From NCBI GenBank assembly GCA_040357565.1, contig JBDODJ010000008.1: DNA of 64,000 bases. One strand, given 5' to 3'. A model generated the notes under the pieces. It was given only the letters and a program-made list of their open reading frames with translations, ran no database searches and was not told where the DNA came from. Both the position numbers and the translations under genes were made by a program. The DNA is from Cercozoa sp. M6MM (lineage: Eukaryota > Protista > Endomyxa: Ascetosporea). How positions within the stretch are numbered: the first letter of the stretch is position 1; every line of letters starts with the position of its first letter. Below, in pieces: positions 1 through 11,048 of the stretch.

Positions 1-70
1 CGCGTGCGTGGTCTAGCAAACTAGAAGCGAGTTGGGCGAGAAAGCGTTTTCCGAGAAACGTGTCCCTCCA

Positions 71-228
71 ATGCGTCTGTTGGGCTTGCTTTCGGCGCTG
101 TTGTTAGCGCGAGTATCTGCGCAAGGCGCGCGGGACGACAATTCGTGCCAGGTTATTGGCGAAACATCGCTTCCTGACTTCTCATCTTATGAGTACCATT
201 TGCTTTTGCGGAATGACTCTGTTTGCAG

Positions 229-272
<44 letters not shown>

Positions 273-380
273 NNNNNNNNNNNNNNNNNNNNNNNNNNNN
301 NNNNNNNNNNNNNNNNNNNNNNNNNNNNNNNNNNNNNNNNNNNNNNNNNNNNNNNNNNNNNNNNNNNNNNNNGTGTGTGT

Positions 381-465
<85 letters not shown>

Positions 466-1801
466 TTTACGCAGCTGGCAGGAGGATTTCTTCACGCCGC
501 GTGATACCACGTCTGTGTCGCCTGGACAAACGTATGTTCTAGTGTCTGTTAAAATAATTATCAAACTCACAATGATGTACCGGATTCGTGCAGCAAAACT
601 GACGATTATTTTTTCGATCTGGAGGGAGCCTGCACGGTCGACGGATCGCGCGATCCCTCCTCGTGTGTTTCCTTCTTTTCTGTCGTCACTAAGTGTCGAT
701 TCGTATGTGGATGTGTTGCACAGTCAAATGGCGCTGGTGCTGTACCCATCAAATATTTTGTCGTCGGGCACAGTGACCATCGACGGCACTTCTGGTACCC
801 CCCGTCCCTTGATGTGATATACCCTTTGCTTTCCCCTTCGATATGGTCGTGGGTGTGCCTTGTAGTGTCTTTTTCGGGTGGCCAATGCATTCACTTCCGT
901 GACTACACAACAAAACGTGATCCGCGGCCGATGTACACTACCCTCCCTTGTTGCTCCCTTTCTTTCGTTGACCCTTGATGTCTCTTTGCGCAGTCGTATC
1001 AGCTGCTCGCGCGCGTCTACCGGTAATTGTTTGAGTTTACCTTGTCTCTAGAGGTCTCTCTTGATATGCACGAGCTTTATCTTGTGAACGGTCGTAGTTT
1101 CGTGTCGTTTCTCGATGCATCGCTACTGCACGACGAACGGCTCGCGTAACATCTCAGCCGGCGCCATCGTAGCTTTGCTTTACCTTACCTTTCTGTTACC
1201 TTGTTACCCTGACCCTTTTGATACAGGTGGGTATCGTGATCGGTGTGCTGGTCGTACTGGCGTGCTGTGTGGCCATTCCGGTGTTCTTCTGCGCCGGTGC
1301 CACGGCGGGTCTGTGCTGTGGTAGGCCTATTACCCTATCCCCGTCTGTACACCCTTCATCCTCTTTGTGTAGCTGGATGGAGACGCCGCCAGCGTGAACC
1401 CAAGCCTCAGACGGTTGTGATGCATACGGTGCACACGCAGTCTGTGCCGGCTCAGCAGCAGCCGGTCACATACACGTATGGCACTGGTAACAACTTGCCC
1501 ATAACAGTGCACCTGATGAGATATCGCTACCCATGTACTTGTGCGCTACCTAGGCATGCCGCAACAGCAGCAGTACCCGCCACAGCAGCAATACCCGCAG
1601 CAGCAACAATACCAGCAACAGCAACAGTACCCGCAGCAACAGCAGCAGTACCCGCAGCAGCAGCAGCAGTACCCGGCGCAACAACAGCAACCGTACCAGC
1701 CGCCACCGATGTACAACAACACGCAGATGAACACGCAGATGAACACGGGCTACAACCCGAACGGTATGCCGCCCAACAACCCATCTGCGCCACCGGCTTA
1801 G
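71..1801 (+). CDS. Type I single-pass membrane protein (signal peptide, Cys-containing ectodomain, TM followed by Cys cluster, Gln/Pro/Tyr-rich tail); multi-exon, paralog of 2365-3779
   Basis: ATG at 71 gives MRLLGLLSALLLARVSAQ (signal). Spliced TM reads ISAGAIVGIVIGVLVVLACCVAIPVFFCAGATAGLCC, followed by RRRQR. Last exon is MPQQQQYPPQQQY...PPPMY...NPSAPPA-TAG(1801). The first intron contains (GT)n and an N gap. Confidence 0.75.
228..466 (+). repeat. (GT)n intronic microsatellite interrupted by a 100-N gap (273-372)
   Basis: Direct reading of the sequence. Confidence 0.95.
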
Positions 1802-2364
1802 TTAGGACGGACCAATGTCGACGTCAACGCAGCAATTTGAGTCGTCTCGTGCGTGGAGCTCTTTTGGCCGGCCGTGCGCCTTCGCTTTGCGCGTCATGCG
1901 ACGGATGCATATGCCCTCATATCATGCCTCTAGTCTTTGTCATGTTAGTAGTTGATTGCTGGTATACGTACTTCATGGGTATGTATGGCGGAGTTTTTCG
2001 AGGCAAAATCAGAATCAAATCGGGGGTGGGGGCAAAGGGGGTAAGTATTGTGGGGGTTCGGTTTTGTCTCGAAAAACCCCGCCATATCCGTACTTCATTC
2101 CGATCCCACAGTACTTATGCGTCTCTGTATGGAATATCGGAATAGAAGGTGCAATACGGAATAAATTACAGCCCCCGACGCGGTTGACACGCACACGGCC
2201 GACCCAGATCTGATTCGGACTGCATAGATACTATTAATTTGTCTATCTATACTTTTACTTTCAATGCTGTCGTTGTACAGTCGCGCAACTAAAGCATAAC
2301 AATTTGATACTATAGCAGCATGGCTCGGCCCGGCGTCGATGCTCATCGGCTGTCGCACGATCCC

Positions 2365-3779
2365 TCAGAATCGTGGCGCAGACGGGTTGTAATTCATCTG
2401 CGTCGCCGTGTTGCTGTGCATCGGCGGCGGTTGGTACAACGGTTGTTGGTACTGTTGCTGCGGCATGCCTAGGAAGCGCACACGAATGCTAGAGGTCTGA
2501 TGGGGTGGGTAAACTGAGCAAAGCTGGCACCTGTGTTGTAGTTGTACGAAGCCGTCTGCTGCTGTGTATCGATATGCACACCAGTGTGCGTTACGACCGT
2601 TTGATCTTTAGCCTGCTGGCGGCGTCGGCACCCGGCTAACCGTAGTAGGTTATACGTATGGGAAGTGTGTGGGTCAAGGGAGATAGCGCAGTAAAGCACA
2701 CTACCACAACAGAGACCGGCAGCACCGGCACAGAAGAACATCGGGATGGCCACCAAGCATGCCAACACGACGAGGGCGCCAATCACGATACCAACCTACG
2801 ACAAGGTAGGGTTTGCAGGACAAGAGTAAAGACAAGTTAAACGCTAAGCTACGATAGCGCCGGTCGATAAAGTGTTCGAGCCATTTGTCGTGCAGTAGCG
2901 GTGCATTTGCATTTTGCAGTTCGCTGTGACCACAACATGTTGTACAGTATCTCTTTTGAGACACAGACTGAGAAGCTAAAAATACTCGGGGAAGACGGCG
3001 AGCAACTAATTCGACTGCCCATGCCAGGGTATCAACATCGTACAGCAAAGAGTACAAGAGGAAAAGAATACATCGGCCGCGGGTCGCGTGTGGTCGTGTA
3101 GTCACGGAAATGGAAGCACTCGCCGTCCGAGAAGGACACTGCGCAATCGCAAGGCATACGACATCGTGTTTTGCCGAAAGGAGAAACTTCAAGGTTGTAT
3201 GGTTGAATACCCGTGGCGTCACCGATGGTCATTGTGCCAATTGCATGAGCGGGTGGATACATCACGAGAGACATTTGACTGCATCATACAAGTGCATGTA
3301 TCTTTCAGCAGGTGTTTTTTGAAACTGGTCTGCTGCTGTACGATGAATCGTCGCGGTTCGCGTTCACAGTACACACTCCTTCGAGTTGATGAAAGTAGTC
3401 GACCGTTTTGCTGCAACACACATACGACATACATACATGATGAAGTTCAACCGTGTATGGAGGGCATGTGTCTCCGCATACGTTTGACCTGGTGACACAC
3501 TCGATGTCGTGCGCGGCGTCCAAAAGTCTTCTTCCCACCTGCGCACAAAATATATCTCCCACCACCGACAGCAAGAAAGACACCCCACTTATGGGAGCTG
3601 CCGTCGGGGAGCGTTGTTTCTCCGATAACTTGGCAGGACTCATCGTCACGCGCACCCCTAAACACAAACCCCTCCAAGGTGTACCCCTCATCGTCGACAT
3701 TGCATGAGAAGCAAAAAGCGTACTGAGCAGCGCCGAGGCGCACGTCGAGCAGCAAAGCTAGTGCCAGCAGATATCGCAT
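2365..3779 (-). CDS. Type I single-pass membrane protein, inverted paralog of 71-1801
   Basis: Signal MRYLLALALLLDVRLGAAQ. Shares GARDDxSCQVIGETxLPD, WxEDFxTPRxTxSVSPGQT and HFRDYTTxRDPRP with gene 1. TM is IGALVVLACLVAIPMFFCAGAAGLCC. Ends QPPPMHSNTATQMNYNPSAPRF-TGA(2365). Confidence 0.75.
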
Positions 3780-4275
3780 GAAACCGATGGTGTAGAAGTT
3801 AGGCCTCTGAACTCCTATCAAGAGTAAAAATAACTGAGTTTCCTCCGACTCGGATCTGCGAGATTTAATTTGTGCTCAGAAAAATGAGTCGGCCAACTGC
3901 CCAGCCAGCATCATTGATGAACTCAATCTTCAGCCAGCCAGGACTGCATGCGCGACGGTTCTGTCTCTCAAACAGAACCGGCCTAGCGACGGGCTAGCAT
4001 TGCTGTACCAGTCGGTAGCACCACTGCAGGACAGGCCCAGCCGAAACTGTGAGTGGCCGCGGTCTCTGACTGAACTGAATCTGTCGTCGCGTGGCTCGAC
4101 TTTTCGTTTCGTTGTAGCGCATGCACCTACTTGTAACTCAACTTAACTGAAGTAAACTTGACTCAACTAACCAAAAGTTAACCGATCGTGGTGGCCTCAC
4201 GACGTCTCGGTTCCTCCCACCGTCAGTTACGGTATGTGGCCAAGCGCGCCGCACGCACTCCGACGCATGTACAGG

Positions 4276-6510
4276 TCACGCACGAGCGCGCTTGGTATCG
4301 GCCGAGGAATATTCGAAAGGCGCAGCAGGCGCAGCGTACTGCCGACCCAGCACTTCGAATGCACTCTGAAACAACACGCAAAACAGGTAAGTGAGTTAAA
4401 CAAAAAACAACGGCGACGTCAAGCATGTACCAGTAGCGCCAAAGCGGCGTCACGCTCCTGCTGCGACCAGAACTCGGCCAGCAGCAGCGTTGTTCGCAAG
4501 CGCGGCACACGACGCGCGATCAGACGCATCGGACAAACTGCTTGCTCCTTCAGCTGCACACACTCAGGTATCACTGAACAATAGGTCGCAGAGGGAGGGG
4601 CAGAACAAGGTACGCAATTGGCCACCGAGCGGAGAACGTCGCCTTGCTTGTCACGCGGCATCTCCCCAAGTGACAGCGTGACCTACAAGACAGGGGGGGG
4701 GGGGTACAGAGAGACGAATAACTACACATGCAGAATCAACCTGCGAGCGGTCTTCGTCGAAAACGGCGAAACCACGTGCTCGCAATTTTTGCGCCAAGTC
4801 GCGCAACTGTCCGTCCAGCTAAGCAGGCGGGTTGAAGGTAAAGCTGATTGGGGGTGTAAAAGACATGATACCTTGTGTCTTGCGGCGTCGTCCGCGAGCA
4901 GCGACAGATCGGCGCCGACACAGTGGACGATCCAGTCGTTAGGCATCTACGGGGGGGGGGGCCGCAAATCAGAACAGGTAAGAAGGGTATACAAGGAGTA
5001 ACCGTCCAGTGCTGCTGCCTGCCATGCCTGGTGGAGTCGCTTCTGCGAGTCAGTAACACCTCTCATAAGACAAGACTAAAATAAAGGCAGACGCAACTAG
5101 TCCAGGAACGGACCGATTCACGACCGAAAGCGACAGAGGCGACGTGACAATGCCAGCGACTTCCTTCGACACGCGCAGCACTGCCTCGGACAATGCTTCT
5201 CCTGAGGAGGTAAGGGGGTAAAGGGGCAGAGGGAGTAACATGGGCAGGGGTAAACTACCCGGCTTGAGGGTGCCGCGCATGATGACGCGCCGCACCGAGT
5301 CGACGTTGCTGGCCAGCGCGAGTTCCACCGGGTCGCGGCGGCGTTTTTCGCCTGGGACAGGAGGGGGATAACATGCGTGACGGGAATAACATGGGACGGG
5401 TGGGGGTAAAGGATACCACGGTGCCGACGCTGTCGAGGTGCCCTCGCAGCGTGATACGGTTGCTGTTGTTGCTGTTGTTGTTGCGGTTGCTGTGGTTGTT
5501 GCTGCTGCTGCTGCTGCTGCTGCTGTTGTTGCGGTCTAGGAGGGTAGCCATATGACGATGAGTAGCCACTCGCCTGGTGGTACGCCTGGTAGGCACTGGC
5601 GTAACCCTGACCCGTAGTGCCAGTGTAGCCAGCCACGGGATGATCCGAGTCGGACGATGCCGCCGTGTCAGTGGTGGTAGCAGCAGCGGCACCGTCCATC
5701 ACTGCAGCCGCGTCGGCGTAGTGCTGCGCGTAATGACCGTACTGGAAGGCACTGAGCACAGGGAACGGGTAACATGGGGTAGGGGGCAATAAGAGGTAGA
5801 GGTAAGGTAACATAAGGTAGGGGTAAGGTAACATAAGGTGAGCGGTAGCATGGGGTAAGGGGTAACAAGGAATAAGGAGTAACACGGGGTAAGGGGTAGT
5901 ATGGGGCAAGGGGTAACATGGGTGAGGGTAGCAAGGGGGGTCGTGGGCAGAAACATGTATTGTACTGATAGGCCGACGCCTGCGTGTACTGACCCGGCAG
6001 GTAGGTCGGCACACTGTCCGAGGCACTCGGTCTGGATAAGGCCGTGGTGGTCTTGCTTAAGGCTGTGGTGGTCTTGCTCAAGGTTGCGGCAGTCTTGGTC
6101 GGTTTTGATTTGGCCTTGGACGACTCGGATTTCTTCGGCTTGGGCAGCGTCTTCTTGGGCTCCTCGGGCACGCCCTTGGTGGCGCGCTGAAAGGAAACAG
6201 GACATACAGATGATAAGGGGGTCTTAATTAGGAGTGAGGATCTGCTGAAAGGAGTGCCTACGCAAGTGTACGGCTTCCACTGCTCGTCTCTGAGTTGCAC
6301 GAACAATTTGCCTTCCTGTACACCAAGGATGTAGATTAAAAAGGTGCATCTACGTCGGTTAAAGGGGCGGACGAACAGTGAGGGAGTAGTGGTACTTACC
6401 TTGAGCAGCGCGAGACAGGCATCGCGATCGCGCAGGGCGACAAAACCGCGTTTGCGCGCATTACGACCGCTACCGCGAGCGGCACCGACGTAGGTATTGC
6501 CCACCTAAGG

Positions 6511-6559
<49 letters not shown>

Positions 6560-6569
6560 NNNNNNNNNN

Positions 6570-6621
<52 letters not shown>

Positions 6622-8726
6622 ACACACACACAAGATGGAGGGAGGGGTAAATAGGGTGGAGAAGGGGTTACCGCACAGAACTCCGAGGCAGCCACCATGA
6701 GAGCTCCGCGAGACACCTCGGGTGGCAGGTCGCGCACCTCAACCCTGTGATACAAATTGTAACGGTACAGGCGGACCAAGTCAAGGTGGATACAGGTGCA
6801 GGTTCATCTGTACCAGTAGACAGTGCCGTCCGGCGTGTCCTCACAGTTGTGTGCAAGGAGATCATTCTCGACGGCGGCAGCGACGGCAGCAGTCGCCTCG
6901 GGCACAGTATCACTGCACACGTAATTAAACACACAAGGGATACAGGTGGCAACACACTACCTGGCTACAACTTGGCTATGTTAAAGGGATAGTCCGTATT
7001 AAAAAGGATTGTACGGTGTGAACGGCGCGAACTCGCTGTCGACGCCGCTTTTAAGTTTTAGCAGTCTGCAAGGGGTACATAATTAAGGGTGTTTGAAATG
7101 AGGGAGGGGGTAGTACTGCTCCGAGTGCTGCATCAGCCGCTCGAGCGACTCTCGCGGTCGCATCGCGCGCTGCAGTGCCTCCTTTTCAAAATCTACTCGC
7201 ACACGGGGGGGGGGGCGGCCTAAATTGGGTATTTACAGGGTAAAGGGAAGAGCAGAGCGTTACCCAGCGTGCTCCTGGCAGCACCTTCGCGCACGTCCAT
7301 TTCGGGTGCTTCTTCTGTATTGGGAAGAGGGGTAAGAGGGGGTAAAAGAGTAAAAGAGGGTAGGGCTGGGTAAAAGGGCAAAACAAGCACCAGGCAAGAA
7401 GTCGAACACAGCGGCGGCAGCAGCGTCGAGGAAGCAATCGTCGGCCCAGCTGCGATCTGACAGCGCCGTCATCACGTCCTGTCCGCGCGGGAGCGTGAAG
7501 AGTGAGTCCGCACGGAAGGTCTAGACAACGCACCTCGGGCAGGTCGCCGTGCCGACGCAGTGCCTCGCGCAGGAAAAGGCAGCACAGCACGGCCGGTCGG
7601 TAGGCCACCAGTGCCGCCGAGTGCGCCGCCACCTCAGCGCACGCCGCACACAACTCGCGCACCTTACGCGCCGTCTCTGCGTCCACGGCAGTCAGCAGTT
7701 AAAGGGGTACGGGGGGGGGGGGGGGGTAAGTCCAGCCAAGTCCAAGCGTACCGACTCGGTCGCGACGCGAGGAGTCACTGCCAAAAACCGCCAGCAACGG
7801 GTGCTGCGGCGCGCGAGGTGCCAGCAGCGTCAACGCCACTGTCAGGAACTGCACTCGGAGGCAGGAAAGGTTGATAGGGGGTAAAAGGACCCAAAAGCAA
7901 GAACAGGGGAGCTACATCCAGTCTCGATAAAGGGAGAATGGCCGAGTGTCGCAGAATTCGTCCCTGTGCATACATACCAACATAGCCTCCTTCGACTGAA
8001 AGTGACAAACTAAACTGCACAATGAACCAAGTTAAAGTCGTTTGTCAGCAAGATTAGCGCTTCGGCACGGTGCATTCGGTTCACACTGGAGGAGAGGGAA
8101 ATGGGGAAACATGGAAAAGGTAGGGGCAGAAGGTAGGGGCAGAAGAGAGGCAGAAGGTAAAGGGATACCGATCGGCGGCGTCGCGCGACTCGGGTGACGG
8201 CGGCGTCTGCTGCGTGGCCAGGAAGTAGCCGTGCTCCATCACGTGCTGCGAGTAGCGGAACACGCCGTGCAGTTTGCAAGCCAGCAACACGGCGCCGTGT
8301 GCCATGTCCAGCAGCGACAGCTGCAGCAGGTGGTGCCGCTGCATCGTCACCTACACCACCCCACAAACATAACGCCTACACACCCTTGCCAACACATGTG
8401 TGTCTGAAAGGTTGCTACATGAACCAGTCGAGCTGCCGACTCAAACACACAGCGCGCCAGCAGCAGTCGTTTGCATAGGAGGCTAGGCAGAATAAGAGGG
8501 GTAAAAGGGTGGGTAACACAGGCGTAACAAGGTGGTACCGGATGTGAGCAACGACATGTGCACGCAGCGCACTCTCCTCCAGGATCGACATGCGTCGGAC
8601 GCCTTCGGGACATGTGTGCTTTATCCTTTGACCCTTCGCAGTTACACAAAGATACCCTGAGGACCGGCAAAGCGCGAGACAGCGCGAGATTTAAAATCGG
8701 CCGCGGACAGCCCGCGCACCTCACCT

Positions 8727-8788
<62 letters not shown>

Positions 8789-9120
8789 CGAATGGTACAC
8801 TTCATATGCGTCAAATAGATACCGCCTGAACACTCAAATTCGGCCAGTCGCAGCACCGCCCTTCTCTGCGAAAGTACACACATATCGCAAGAGCTTTCAA
8901 GAGCTAGCACGGGGTATGACGCACGGCTTCATGTTGCGCCTGCTGCGCACGCTCTTCCGCGAGTTCTTCTGGCGTCTTTTCGGGCTCTTCAATGTCCTCC
9001 TTTGGGACAAACCATAGTCGTGCAACAGAACAGAACAGAAATAACACAACACAGCCAAAGTACCTGCTCCTCTTGGATCTCACCCTCCTCAAGCTCGCCG
9101 TCCTCCAACTCGCCACTCAT
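4276..9120 (-). CDS. Transcription-type cyclin-box protein apparently fused to an RRM, a Q/Y-rich low-complexity region and a possible SPOC/RRM-like C-terminus (many exons)
   Basis: Starts MSGELEDGELEEGEIQEE. Cyclin-box-like helices EESALRAHVVAHIR..LCKRLLL..FESAARLVHV..MAHGAVLLACKLHG..MHRAEALILLTNDFNL (~8020-8600). RRM: VEVRDLPPEVSRGALM..KRGFVALRDRDACLALLK (6400-6745). PolyQ at 5460-5530. Ends KRARA-TGA(4276). The cyclin-RRM junction needs a short exon near 6945-6975. Confidence 0.6.
6513..6632 (-). repeat. (GT)n intronic microsatellite on the sense strand with a 10-N gap
   Basis: (AC)n on the + strand within an intron of a minus-strand gene. Confidence 0.9.
8729..8786 (-). repeat. (GT)n intronic microsatellite
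   Basis: (AC)n on the + strand. Confidence 0.9.
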
Positions 9121-9327
9121 TGGTGTGCAGGTGTGTACACAGTACCACGAGTGCTACAGTGATTATAGCGCTGTGCGTAGCTCGCTCCTGGTGGCTTTAG
9201 TTATCTTTAAACTTTTTGTCCGGATCCGGCCATTTTGGACTACTGAAACCACTGCGCTGTTATGTCACGGTTGCTCGCTGTCATGCTAGCTACTGTAACT
9301 ACTTGATAAATCGCGCTAAACTAACTT

Positions 9328-10739
9328 TTACTTCTTGCGAATCTTCTTAAACTGATATGACGTGCGCACGACGTCACCGAACTTGTTGGTGTGCTGCACC
9401 TTCTTCTTGGGCCCTGTGTAAAAAAGCGTTTCGCCTGAGAGTGGAACAACGCATTTTTTGTACCTTTCTTCATCGACATTTGTCGTTCCTCGAGCTTCTC
9501 GAGTTGCTTGGCAATTTCCTGCGTTTAAAAGAGCAAAAGTGAATGGAAACCAAAATGCGATTGTAGCGATCAGATACCTTGCAGCGAACCATACGCGCGC
9601 GCAGTTCCCGCACGGCTTTCGCACGCTTTAACAGGAGTTTCTCGGGCAGCTCCACTTGCTGCAACAACGCATCGTTTTACAAACACAAAAACAAAACAAA
9701 AATGGTGACCTCAACGTACCGTATCAGCAACATCGGGATCGTTTTCTTCCTCCAGTTGCCTACAACGGCAAAATTAAACAGAATAGCGAAGCTGCAGGGA
9801 ATGCAATACTTAGCCAGAGCGTCACGTTCTTCGTTGGAACCAACCAAGTGCACATGCTTTGACGGCGTTTCCGGCCTGCGACAAGAAATCAGTGCAAACT
9901 CAACAAGGGAACATGGTGCGCTACATCGTCATATTACCTGGCAAACTCGACCTTTTCGCGTTGATTTTTCGACAGTGCTGCCCGGAGTTCCTGTGAGAAA
10001 AACACTCCATTATCGAAGAAACAAACAAACAAAGAGTGTGATTAACAAGTACCTGTACTGGCATGGCCAAAAGCGAGGTTTGCAACTTCTGCACGCGGCG
10101 AAGTTCCGCCGTGTTTAGCATGCGTAGATAGGTGACGTCCACCTAAACCCACCAGCAAACATCGTCAACTAGCGCAAGTATATCTAAAACTATTCAGAGC
10201 TCTTACCTCGGTCATTTCTTTGATCTGCTGTGTCGTGTGCGAGCCATTTTTCGTGCTAAAACCAGAGCAAACGTCAAGATGATAGAAAATGATAGAGAAT
10301 GACGTGTTGCGAAGGGGCAGTCTACCTCATAAAATCAACGCCATCCTTTAACTTGGCGTTGAGCATTTTGTGGTAAAACTCATCTGGGTTCCGCAAGGCC
10401 TTTGAGTGTTTCATGCACATAAGACAAAGGAAAATGCGCACGGAAAGAGAACATACCGCCTTTTGTCTCAGCTTGCGCAACGTGTCTTTCTTCTTGTTGT
10501 AGCTGCGTGAGAAACAGGTTATAGCACAATTAAACAGATTTAAAAAAAAAAGAAGTACGCCTGGGCGCGCAGCTTGTAATCCTTCTTCTTTTCGAGCAAG
10601 CCTGATCGACGCAAACATTGAATTCTGGCGGTAACCAGCCTTGTGTGATCAGAGTACCCAACTTCTTGCGTGCCCGCGGCTGATGGCGCTCGCGATGCAT
10701 GCGGCGGAAGCCGACTTTCTTCCAGCCGGCAGAGTTCAT
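9328..10739 (-). CDS. UTP11: U3 snoRNP-associated protein 11 (SSU processome)
   Basis: Spliced: MNSAGWKKVGFRRMHRERHQPRARKKLG|LLEKKKDYKLRAQAYNKKKDTLRKLRQKA|ALRNPDEFYHKMLNAK...DVTYLRM...YQFKKIRKK*. The HRER.QP..R.K.GLLEK.KDY..RA and NPDEFY motifs are typical of Utp11. Confidence 0.93.
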
Positions 10740-11048
10740 CTTCAGAAAGAAAACTCTTGAGCTCTCGTGCCCGTTAAATAGCCCTGGCGACTCTCAATTA
10801 ACAGCTACCCGTGTCCAATACGCCACGATTGTGCCTACTGTACTGTACAAACCATGCCTTTCAATTTGTTTAATTTCGGAGTCAATTTGTACGGTACACA
10901 TATTGGTTGGTCACACCGCTTGCAGAAACTCGCGCTAACTAGCTGATTTGTGTATTGGGAGTCTGTGAGTTTGACAATAGTACCGAGTAATAGTTTTCCC
11001 TGTCATTGTAAGCCCCAGGTTGCAAATTTATTTTTTTCGCGCTGCAGC

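Noticed and set aside
32-817. ORFs with VCVCVC / THTHTH tracts here and at 6396, 8347, 30988, 36142, 41231, 45023 and 45646
   Set aside because: These are translations of intronic (GT)n/(CA)n microsatellites and N gaps, not Cys- or His-rich proteins
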